DNA from: Azolla caroliniana
Taxonomy: Eukaryota; Plantae; Polypodiophyta
Length of the DNA: 64,000 nucleotides
Reading direction: 5' to 3'
Assembly: GCA_043228905.1 (NCBI GenBank)
Contig: JBHGNT010000017.1
Span: 8,866,001-8,930,000, forward strand
Part shown: positions 23,325 through 32,089 of the stretch, piece after piece
How the letters are laid out: every line of letters begins with the position of its first letter
Numbering within the stretch: the first letter of the stretch is position 1
Translations under genes and position numbers: made by a program
The notes under the pieces: generated by a model
Database searches by the model: none
Told to the model about the DNA's origin: nothing
The model's input: the letters and a program-made list of their open reading frames with translations, nothing else

Positions 23325-26300
23325 TCATTGTTCGGTTCCCCCCGATGTGTTCGGGTCGGTGCGCACTGTTGTCGGTTCCTCGTCGTTGTTACGCGTCGGT
23401 GTCGGTTCCTCGCCATTCGGGTTTTCCGGGTCTTGCTTGAAGGGGTTAGCTGGCATGTGCCCCTTATACGGTTTTAGGCGAAAACCATTTGCCCATTTGC
23501 CCACAACTTCTCCTGACAACGTCCCGAGCTGGTAAGACCCATTGTACTCCTTTGTGATCCAGAATGGTCCGGTCCACCGAAATCGCAATTTCCCTGGCAT
23601 GCTCCCCATCCTTGTCTGGAACAGTAATACCGGTTTCCCGATCTCGAATTCCTTTTCGTTACCGCGCCGGTGTCGGTCTACAAAGGCTTTCCTCCTCCTT
23701 TGCTCTAGTTCTAGCTGTAGCAGGCTGGCTATTCGATTTTCTTCCAGTTCTAACAGCATCTTCAGCCGGATTCGTTCGGATTCCTTCTCGCTTAACCGCT
23801 CCTTAACCTGTATTCTTAAGCTAGGAATTTGGAATTCTACTGGCATGACTGCTTCCAAGCCGAATGCCAGTCGGAACGGGGTCGTCCGGATGCTAGTCTT
23901 GTACGCCGTTCGGTACGCCCACAGCACGCTCTGCAACTTCGTGTCCCAGTCGGTCCGGTTCTCATTGACAATTTTTCTAAGGATGTTCTGTAGCGTCTTA
24001 TTCGTTGATTCCGCTAATCCGTTGGCTTGAGGGTAGTAGGGAGTGCTTCGTTTGTGTACTACCGCATAGAATGATGTCAAACTTTCCACCACCTGCCCGA
24101 GAAAATGTCCTCCCTGGTCACTGATCAGCTCAATCGGGCATCCGTACCGACACCATATGCATTCATATAAAAATTTGGCCGTGGACGCCGCCGTGTTGTC
24201 CCGTAGTGCCTTTGCTTCTACCCATTTGGTGCAGTAGTCGGTAGCCACTATTATATACCGATTTCCGGTTCGCATTGCCGGTGGCTTGAAGGGGCCGACA
24301 AAGTCCAAGCCCCACTTTTGGAATGGTTCTAATGGCAAGACCGGGTGATGTGGCATCCGGGCCTGCTCCGTGGGTTGGCCCAGTCGTTGACACAGGTCGC
24401 ATTCCCTGCTATACTTAACGGCATCTCTCATGGTAGTCGGCCACCATAGTCCGCTCTGCCATATCTTCCGGGCTGTTGTTTCGCCGGCATAATGCCCGCC
24501 TGCAATTCCACAGTGGGCTTCCCTCAGGATCAGATCCTTTTCATCGCTCCGCACTGCTCGCCTCCATACGCCATCTGCCCCCTTGTGATAGAGGGTGTCT
24601 CCTACCAAGCAGAAATGTCTGCTCCGTACTGCCATCCTCTTCCGTTCGTCTCGGTCCAAGTTTTCCGGGGGAACTCCGGTGCTCAGGAACTGATGCATTT
24701 CGGTTAACCATTTGTCTTCGTCCGCTACTGTGGTCTCCGTTACCGGTGCCGTCGTGACCTTAAACAGCTCGGCGTCGGGAAATTCATCCTGTACGCCGTC
24801 CCCTGATTCTCCGGATTCTAGTCTGCTCAGGTAGTCTGCTACCGCATGCTGCACCCCGGGTCGGTGGAAAATGTCGAATTCGAATTCCTGTAATAGCAGC
24901 GTCCACCGTGCGAGTTTTCCTGTCAGGGCTGCCTTTGAGACTAGGTAGAGTAGTGCCGAGTGGTCAACGTGGAAGGAGAACTTTCGTCCGAGCAGATAGT
25001 GCCTGTACTTTGTGACGCTGTACACCATTCCTAATGCCTCTCGTTCCGTTGTAGAGTAGTTCTGTTCGGCTTTCGAGAGTTTCCTGCTTGCGTAGTACAC
25101 CGGCCGATACCATTTCGGTTCCGTGAGTTGCATCAAAACACTGCCGATTGCTACGTCCGACGCGTCGACGAAGACGTGAAAGCTTTTACTCCAGTCCGGC
25201 GGCTGCACCACCGGAGCTTGTGACAGCATGACCTTCAACGCTTGGTAGGCTGCCTCCTCCGTTTCTGTCCATTGGAAAGGTACTCTATGTACAGCAGCGT
25301 GCAATGGTGTCGCAAAGTCGGCAAGGTGCCGTATCATCCGACTATGCCACCTTATTTGACCAAGGAATCGGCTTAAAGCTTTTGCGCTATTCGGTGCCGG
25401 TGCGTCGAGAATTGCTTTTACCTTATCCGGATCTACCGCGATTCCTTCTCGACTCACCACGTGGCCTAACAAATTGCCGCTTGCGACTCCAAAGACGCAC
25501 TTAGCCGGGTTCAGACTTAATCGGTACTCGCGGCACTTTTCTAAGCATAGTCGTAGGTGATCGAAATGCTCTCCGTGTCGGCTGTAGACGGCGAAATCGT
25601 CTAGGAAGACCTGCATAAAACCGGGAATAAAATCACCGAAGATTTCCATAATTATCCTTTGAAATGTTGCAGGGGCTGTCTTTAATCCGAACATCATCAC
25701 GACCGCGACGAACACTCCCCATTCCGTCACGAACGCTGTTTTTTCTTGGTCGGCCGGGTTCATTCGGATTTGGTTGTAGCCGCTGAATCCGTCCAGGAAG
25801 CTGTAAACTTCGTGGCCGGCCACCGCATCTAGCACTCCGTCCGTGAATGGTAGTGGAAAAGTGTCGGTCACTGTCGCGGCATTTAGTTTCCTGTAGTCCA
25901 CACATACCCGGATTTTGCCGTTCTTTTTCGGGACCACCACTATCGGGCTTAGCCAGGTTGCCTGCTTGACTGGTCGGATAAATCCGACCCGGAGAAGCTT
26001 GTCTATTTCCTCCTTCACCTTTGCCGCATAGTTTGGATTCATCCGGTACCGACGTTGAGCGATGGGTTTCGCGTCAGTACTTAGATGAATTTGGTGCTGG
26101 TAGGGTTGGGGGTCCAACCCTCGCATGTCTTCGTATGACCATGCGAACACGTCCTTGAATTCCGTTAACAGTGCTACCATTGCCTGTTTTTCCTCCTTTG
26201 GCAATTCCTTCGCGACTTTTACCGGTCGGGGTTGTTCTGTTGTGCCGAGGTCCACCTCTTCCAGCTGAGATGCTTTCACCCTTTGGGATATCGTCATTTC

Positions 26301-29081
26301 TCTTTCTAGGGCTTCCTGTGCTTGGCGTAGTTCCCGGATCGCCACTTTGTCCGGCTCGTCCGGCATTGTGATGTACGGCTCTACCGCTGCCGTGATATCC
26401 ACCTCAAAAAGTGGGACGATCTGTGGGTGTTCCTCGAGGTACCGATCAACTTCCTCATCCGGTAAGCCCTCCAACATGTTGATGCTTTCGGCATATAAAG
26501 GGGTTGCCTCCTTGCTAGTGAGCACCCGTGGTTGCGTGGCTACCCGTACCTTTGTTTTCCCTCGTCGGAACGTGATCATATTCTTTTGCCAGTTTTGCTT
26601 AATATGCGCCGTTCGCAGCCATGGTCGTCCTAACAGTAGGGGATATGCGCCTTGTACATTCAGCTCTAGTACCACGGCCGATATTCGGAATACGTGGCCT
26701 CCTATTGTCACTTCCAAGTCCCGGATAAGACCAGTTGGTCGGACTGAGCTTGTATCCGCCATGCGTAACCAGAAGGGGCATGGTTCCCACTCTTGGATGC
26801 CTAGGTCGTCGCATGTCTGTCGACTAATGACGTTCACCCCGGAGCCTCCGTCAATAATTGTTCCTGGAATCTCCTTTCCTTTGACGATTGTCGTGATTGC
26901 TGGGCTACTTGTATCAACCACCGCTGGGCCTTCCTCCGGGTTGGAGAAAAATGCCGGTGCCGGCGTCGGCGTCGGTTTGCTCACGGCGGCTTGTAAGTCT
27001 GCTGTGAACCGCGGCACCAACTGCAGTAACCGTGCCAACGGCAGCACGATCTGACAATCTTGTAGTGCTTGCCATGTCGGGTTTTCTCCTGGCTGTACGA
27101 TTTCCTCCTCCCTTGGCATATTTTGGTTTCTTACTTCCGCCGCACCTTGTTCGTTGGCTTCTTTGATCCATTGTGCCGCTTGTTTTCTGATTGCTTCCTG
27201 GGCTTCCCATTCGGCGGCTTTCCCCTTCGACCGCGTGGTAACCTGCTGTACTTCGGCTGTCACCATGTTGACTGCTGGCTGCTTGTCGGCTGTTTTGCTT
27301 GGGCATTGATTACTGTAATGCCCTTCTTTTCGGCAGTAATAACAGTACACCCTGTGCGTGTTGCTGGATTCTCCTTTTTCCCATGTTTGGGGAAGGGGCA
27401 TTCCCCGGCGGTTGTCCTCGGTTTTTCGGTTCTCCGGTGCCGCGACTGGTTTGTCATTCCTTGTTGCCTCCCGACGCTCCTCTCTACGGAAGAATCCACG
27501 CCTTTGGTTCCGTCGGAAATTCCGGTTCCCTGGCCGCCTTTCTTCTCTGCGTCGCTCATATTCCGGGGATTCGTCTCGGTCATACCGGTCCCGGGGGTAG
27601 CTATCCCTTCGGTTCTCCTCTCGGTCGTACCGGTCCCGGGGGTAGCTATCCCTTCGGTTCTCCTCTCGGTCATAGCTGTCGCGTCTTCTATCGGGGTATC
27701 TGTCGCCGCGTTCTCGTCGGTAGCGGTCGTCCCTCCGGAATCGATCCTCTTCCGGGTCCCGATTGCGCGGTTCTATGTGTCGGACCGGTGCCGCTTGTCG
27801 AGTTAACAGGTTATACTCGCATTGGTTCGTTGTGTGGGCGCGAGAATTGCATATCATGCACTGTGCGCGCAGGGTGCAGTCAACGGTCGAGTGCCCCGAA
27901 TTTAGGCATGTTGTGCATTGTAGGGCTTGTCGGAACCGGAGGTCCTCCTCCTTCGGAAGCGCCTGGTGTAACGCCCCCATCGGCAAGAAGGGGCTCGTGT
28001 TGTCCATTTCCAGGACCCGATCAATGACTTGGTCCATTGTGCTGGTGCTGAAATCGATGATTCCACACATCGCTCGAAGTGGGTCTTTTAACGCAGCCAA
28101 AAAGACTGCCTTGGCCTCCTCTTCGGGTGGTGCTCTTGCTAATTGACTGTGCAAGGTCTGGAAACGAATGATAAATTGTGGGACCGTCTCGTTTTCTCCC
28201 TGCCGAGTGGTGTAGAATTGTCCGACCAATTCCCTTTGTTCCACTCGTCTATGAAACAAGCGTAAAAACTGGGTTTTCAATGCCTCGAACGTGGCGAAGC
28301 TGCCTGGTAAGTGCTTGTCGTGCCACCGGGCCGCCGGTCCTTCTAATGTCATCCCGAATTCGGCGACTTTGGATCGGTCGGCCTCGGGCTCCGTTAGTCT
28401 CTGGGACACGTGGTTGGCTTCCCATGTTCGCAGGAATGCATACACATGTGCCTCTCCGTCGGGCTCATCCCTATACTTTGGGTACGGATACGGCATCGTG
28501 TCGTCCCACTGATTCTCCTGCGCTGGTTCCTCCGATGTCGGTCTCCGCTCCTGCGGTTCCTCCGCAGGTGGTGTTGGTATCCGCTCCTGCGGTTCCTCCG
28601 CGGGTGGTGTTGATAACCGCTCCTGCGGTTCCTCCGCGGGTGGTGTTGGTATCCGCTCCTCCCTCCTCGGCGATTGCCAGTCACCGAACTCCAGAGTTAG
28701 TTCCTCCTCTGGCTCCGATGTTGCTGAGTGATCCGACTCAAAGGGGTTGTTCCCGTGGCTGCTTTTATAGCGGGATCCCACGCTTTCCCCGCTATCCGAA
28801 TCCGCCTCTAATGTTGCAAATGCCGCCGCGTCCCCGTCGCCGCCAGCGAGAGTCTGTAGTAGTGTCTCCGCTTCTTGGAGGCTGGTTATGCTACTGCCTT
28901 CGTCGGAAGCTTGTAGAACCTGGAACTGCAGTGCGTTTTCTGCGATTTGCCGAAGCGTTGTTGAGAATGACCGATCGCTCCGGATCTCGTCGACGGCTTG
29001 CTGCAGGGCTTCCCGTCGTCGCTGCCGTTCGGCGTGGCGTCTCCCTCTTTCGGTGATGTGGTCGTTATTTTGTCTAGACAT
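23325..29081 (-). CDS. P2 Gag-Pol polyprotein, single frame (gag, zinc knuckles, PR, RT, RH, IN; no chromodomain)
   Basis: 1946-codon frame, likely starting at MSRQNNDH after the PBS. Motifs CTTCLNSGHSTVDC, CYYCRKEGHYSNQC, IIDGGSGVN, VFLDD, VDASD, HCGIAGGH...CDLC, SDQGGHF. Confidence 0.96.
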   Translation of the reverse strand: MSRQNNDHITERGRRHAERQRRREALQQAVDEIRSDRSFSTTLRQIAENALQFQVLQASDEGSSITSLQEAETLLQTLAGGDGDAAAFATLEADSDSGESVGSRYKSSHGNNPFESDHSATSEPEEELTLEFGDWQSPRREERIPTPPAEEPQERLSTPPAEEPQERIPTPPAEEPQERRPTSEEPAQENQWDDTMPYPYPKYRDEPDGEAHVYAFLRTWEANHVSQRLTEPEADRSKVAEFGMTLEGPAARWHDKHLPGSFATFEALKTQFLRLFHRRVEQRELVGQFYTTRQGENETVPQFIIRFQTLHSQLARAPPEEEAKAVFLAALKDPLRAMCGIIDFSTSTMDQVIDRVLEMDNTSPFLPMGALHQALPKEEDLRFRQALQCTTCLNSGHSTVDCTLRAQCMICNSRAHTTNQCEYNLLTRQAAPVRHIEPRNRDPEEDRFRRDDRYRRERGDRYPDRRRDSYDREENRRDSYPRDRYDREENRRDSYPRDRYDRDESPEYERRREERRPGNRNFRRNQRRGFFRREERREATRNDKPVAAPENRKTEDNRRGMPLPQTWEKGESSNTHRVYCYYCRKEGHYSNQCPSKTADKQPAVNMVTAEVQQVTTRSKGKAAEWEAQEAIRKQAAQWIKEANEQGAAEVRNQNMPREEEIVQPGENPTWQALQDCQIVLPLARLLQLVPRFTADLQAAVSKPTPTPAPAFFSNPEEGPAVVDTSSPAITTIVKGKEIPGTIIDGGSGVNVISRQTCDDLGIQEWEPCPFWLRMADTSSVRPTGLIRDLEVTIGGHVFRISAVVLELNVQGAYPLLLGRPWLRTAHIKQNWQKNMITFRRGKTKVRVATQPRVLTSKEATPLYAESINMLEGLPDEEVDRYLEEHPQIVPLFEVDITAAVEPYITMPDEPDKVAIRELRQAQEALEREMTISQRVKASQLEEVDLGTTEQPRPVKVAKELPKEEKQAMVALLTEFKDVFAWSYEDMRGLDPQPYQHQIHLSTDAKPIAQRRYRMNPNYAAKVKEEIDKLLRVGFIRPVKQATWLSPIVVVPKKNGKIRVCVDYRKLNAATVTDTFPLPFTDGVLDAVAGHEVYSFLDGFSGYNQIRMNPADQEKTAFVTEWGVFVAVVMMFGLKTAPATFQRIIMEIFGDFIPGFMQVFLDDFAVYSRHGEHFDHLRLCLEKCREYRLSLNPAKCVFGVASGNLLGHVVSREGIAVDPDKVKAILDAPAPNSAKALSRFLGQIRWHSRMIRHLADFATPLHAAVHRVPFQWTETEEAAYQALKVMLSQAPVVQPPDWSKSFHVFVDASDVAIGSVLMQLTEPKWYRPVYYASRKLSKAEQNYSTTEREALGMVYSVTKYRHYLLGRKFSFHVDHSALLYLVSKAALTGKLARWTLLLQEFEFDIFHRPGVQHAVADYLSRLESGESGDGVQDEFPDAELFKVTTAPVTETTVADEDKWLTEMHQFLSTGVPPENLDRDERKRMAVRSRHFCLVGDTLYHKGADGVWRRAVRSDEKDLILREAHCGIAGGHYAGETTARKIWQSGLWWPTTMRDAVKYSRECDLCQRLGQPTEQARMPHHPVLPLEPFQKWGLDFVGPFKPPAMRTGNRYIIVATDYCTKWVEAKALRDNTAASTAKFLYECIWCRYGCPIELISDQGGHFLGQVVESLTSFYAVVHKRSTPYYPQANGLAESTNKTLQNILRKIVNENRTDWDTKLQSVLWAYRTAYKTSIRTTPFRLAFGLEAVMPVEFQIPSLRIQVKERLSEKESERIRLKMLLELEENRIASLLQLELEQRRRKAFVDRHRRGNEKEFEIGKPVLLFQTRMGSMPGKLRFRWTGPFWITKEYNGSYQLGTLSGEVVGKWANGFRLKPYKGHMPANPFKQDPENPNGEEPTPTRNNDEEPTTVRTDPNTSGGTEQ
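27580..27675 (-). repeat. 39-bp coding tandem repeat (YDREENRRDSYPRDR) in P2 gag
   Basis: About 2.5 copies seen directly. Confidence 0.8.
28545..28660 (-). repeat. 36-bp coding tandem repeat (TPPAEEPQERI x3) in P2 gag
   Basis: Seen in DNA and translation. Confidence 0.85.
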
Positions 29082-29117
29082 CCATCCCCCGGTTGTCCTC
29101 TGCACTCTGCAGGAATC

Positions 29118-29127
29118 GTGGTCGCCA
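29118..29127 (-). promoter_or_regulatory. P2 primer-binding site, probably tRNA-Arg
   Basis: TGGCGACCAC, 6 nt inside the 5' LTR. The homologous TGGTGACCAC in P1 is at 56665-56674. Confidence 0.75.
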
Positions 29128-29133
29128 AAATAG

Positions 29134-29503
29134 TGTTGTATGTATGGCTGGACTAGCCGCAACACAGGTGTCTATCCGACACTTCTCCAAAGGGTGGTAG
29201 GGATAGGATGTTAATACACGCGTATGATAATTACACTTAAGCACAGACGAAGACAAGATTAATCAGCATAAGCAAAACTATATTAATTCTTCGCGCTTTC
29301 ATTACAAAACATCGGATCCTTTTATAGGCATCCGGCCAGATTACAATCGGTGCTCGGTAGGCAACCGTTAACCGAAACCGAATCGGTTCGGATCCGGATC
29401 GGTTACAACTACCGGATCCGTCCCTCCTAATAATTCTATTCCTATTTCTATATTTATCCGATCCGACCTTGCTTTCCCATTTGCCTTCTCTGACCGGTCA
29501 ACA
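29134..29503 (-). repeat. P2 5' LTR
   Basis: Identical to 19408-19777. Confidence 0.97.
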
Positions 29504-29508
29504 GACTT

Positions 29509-29808
29509 CATTCCAAGAAGATTGAAGAAGGGGATTGGGTTTTGGTTTACGACAGCACCCTTGACAATCAACACAGTACAACAAGGAAGTTTGCAAGAAG
29601 ATGGTTCGGGCCATATGTGGTGACAAGTGCCAACGATAATGCCACATACCACCTTGCGGAACTAGACGGATCAAGGTTGGTCGTACCCATTGCGGGAAAA
29701 AGAGTAAAGATTTTCAAGAAAAGACAAGACAAGGATCCTGACCTCGATTACCTCGACGATAAACATAATAGGCCGTATGAAAATGAAGACATGGAGGAAT
29801 CTAATTGA
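29509..29808 (+). pseudogene. C-terminus of element A integrase (GPY motif)
   Basis: DWVLVYDSTLDNQHSTTRKFARRWFGPY matches the C-terminus of element C integrase. Confidence 0.9.
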
Positions 29809-29880
29809 TCATCATAGCCGAAATCTCACTTTCTCTCTTCTTGGCACGTACGGGAGGACGTGCGGTTTGGTGGGGGTGGA

Positions 29881-30955
29881 TGTCGTGAAGATTTTCGGCA
29901 ATAGTGTGAAAATCCCATAAAACGTATGAAATCGAGTATGAATCACATAATACAATAATTGTGAAGATAACATTTTTAATATCTAAATACAAAATGATGG
30001 AGGTTTCGAATGCACTTTATTACACGAGAAATGGACAACTAAATGTCAAGATATGAGGGTATAAAGTTTGTGAAAAGAAAAGAGAAAATTCTGAGATATC
30101 CCACATAGGCACGACAAATACGGCTCTCATCATATATAAGGTGGAGCAAAAGATATTATCTTTGTGTCTATGTGTGGAGCATAGAGAGTTCAAGGTAACT
30201 TGAACTAAGAGTGGAGGTGGGCTAGCTACTCGTAAAGGGTTTTGGCCAACCAAAACCGGACCGGCGATGGAGACGGTGAACCGACGGCACCGGCATCCAG
30301 CAACGGCATCCGGCGAGGCACCAGTAACCGACGGCATCCGGCGACGGTACCCGGCGAGGCACCGGTATCCGGCGACTATATAAATAAATATATAAATATA
30401 TATACAAATATACATATACAAGGAGGGGAAGTAAGGATTCGAACCTTGCACCTCCGAGTTATGAGTCAATTGGCTTACCATTAAGCCATGCTATTTAGCT
30501 AAAATTATATTTCTATCATTGTACTTTTACATGTAAAATCTCATACGTGAGAGCTAAAATGAGTGACATGGTTATCATGCACCACATGTAATACATAAGC
30601 GCCAAATGGCAAAAATGCAATTTATGCATGTCTTGTACCCTCACATGCATCATATGCATGAGAGCATCTATAAAAGAAGGAAGGGGGAGGAGAAAAAACA
30701 CGGCTTTTTTTATGAAAATTAAGAGGAAGAAATTCGTTATCAAATTGATCGTGTAACTTGTTTCTTAAATCTAAAGTTAAAACTTCAATCAATCTCTCTC
30801 AATCGTGTGATCTCAACTTCTCTCTTTCCCAATCTATCTTAAGTACTTTCTCGCTAAAGCTTACGCCAAAGCTTGTACCGACTTTGAATCCTTCCGGTCC
30901 AGAACCCCGGCGGTTCCGCCTCACGATCCGCGCGTAGTGACGGATCTTCACGACA
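29881..30955 (+). repeat. Element A 3' LTR (1075 bp)
   Basis: TGTCGTGAAG...CTTCACGACA perfect 10-bp terminal inverted repeat. Preceded by GGTGGGGGTGGA. TATAAAAG near 30669. Confidence 0.92.
30435..30488 (-). promoter_or_regulatory. tRNA(Met)-like Pol III A-box/B-box module in the A LTR
   Basis: Minus strand reads TGGCTTAATGGTAAGCC...CTCATAA...GGTTCGAATCC. D-arm GGCTT/AAGCC pairs. No acceptor stem. Confidence 0.8.
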
Positions 30956-31584
30956 ACGGTTCGGAGAGGTTCTAGGAGTGCTGCCAAAAAAACCGCTTTC
31001 GCTTCTGCTTCACCTGTTTGTGGAATAACCGTAGAAATCTAGTCTTTAAATCCTCAAATGTGGCAATATTGCCCGGGCGGTGCTTGGACTACCAACGTGC
31101 CGCGGGTTCCTCTAAAGTCATGCCGAATTCCCCAATTTTTTATCGTTCTACCTTGGCTTTGTTCAATCGTTGGGAGACATGATTCGCCTCCCAAGTTTGG
31201 AGAAACGTGTATACATGGGCTTCCGCGTCCAGGCCATCCCGATACTTCAGGATATTGGTACAACATTGTGTCGTCGTCTTCTTGTGCTGTCGAGGCCGGT
31301 GTCGGAACTCTCTCCTCCTGTTCCATTGGTGACTTGGGTTGTGGTGTCGAAACTCGTTCCTCCTCTTGGTGTTCCGTGCCAATTGTTTTGTTTGGAGCTT
31401 TCGTTTTTGTTGTTTCTAGCTCCAGTGTTGGTATGTGGTCCGACTCGTCGTCTTCCGGGTCGTTTGGGGTATCGTGGCTACTATGATAATTCGATTGGAT
31501 GTGGTGTTCGTCGTCCGAGTCCGATTTGATGGCGGAGAATGCTTCCAAACCGTTGTCTCTTACAGCAAGTGTCTGGAGAATGGA
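30956..31584 (-). pseudogene. P1 gag fragment
   Basis: KYRDGLDAEAHVYTFLQTWEANHVSQRL and KAVFLAALLEPLR match P2 gag. Confidence 0.88.
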
Positions 31585-32057
31585 TGTTAAGAGTCTATTA
31601 CTAATCAATAGACCAAACTAAAGTAAAAGAAGGAAAATAGAATGGATAGAAGAACCCGTTCCACCCTACCACCCACGAGCTATGATCTAGACATAGCCAA
31701 CCTACCATTGATGTCCCATACCGCCAGACATTAGGATGACTTATACCTTGGAAGAGATAAACACAATCATCGAGATGAAAGCCTAGCCTGCACCACCGGT
31801 GTCTAAGACAACAACCTTCCAACGTAATGTCATTATGAGGGTAGCTAAGCCTCATATTTATACCTTTTCCTAGGCCCCTTGAATAGATGTGCCTTTCTAA
31901 AAGGCTCTCCATTCATTGATTGTCCAAATCATGATAGTCCATGCATCTATCATTCCTTCTATCCAATCATTAGTCCCCTTTTTAACATTAGTGAACATAC
32001 CCTTCACTAATGTAAATATTAGTGACCTACCCTCACCAACGTTATGTGTACATAACA
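31585..32057 (-). repeat. C1 3' LTR
   Basis: TGTTA...TAACA, direct repeat of 54644-54783 plus 56074-56406. Confidence 0.95.
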
Positions 32058-32089
32058 TACTCCCCTACTTCAAAAGATTGCATTGTTAC

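Larger units (their letters stand above)
19408..29503 (-). mobile_element. P2: intact, very young non-chromovirus Ty3/Gypsy element (10,096 bp) with an extra ORF
   Basis: LTRs 19408-19777 and 29134-29503 (370 bp) are identical by eye. 5-bp TSD GACTT at 19403-19407 and 29504-29508. Removal restores A integrase NRLHSKKIEEGDW. Both ORFs are uninterrupted. Confidence 0.97.
13882..30955 (+). mobile_element. Element A: fungal-like (Ylt1-like) Ty3/Gypsy element, 5' LTR truncated, interrupted by P2
   Basis: 5' LTR remnant 13882-13956 matches the end of the 3' LTR 29881-30955 (TGTCGTG...CACGACA). Contains PBS, gag-PR ORF and RT-RH-IN. Integrase resumes after P2 at 29509. Confidence 0.9.

Noticed and set aside
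27069-29056. Long plus-strand ORFs (245, 242, 292 aa), and similarly 63104..63928 and 58478..59314
   Set aside because: They are antisense shadows of GC-rich gag/pol frames with no recognisable motifs.
30421-30497. Functional tRNA-Met gene
   Set aside because: D-arm, T-loop and a CAT anticodon-like loop are present, but there is no acceptor stem and the anticodon stem is poor. Kept only as a Pol III-like module.
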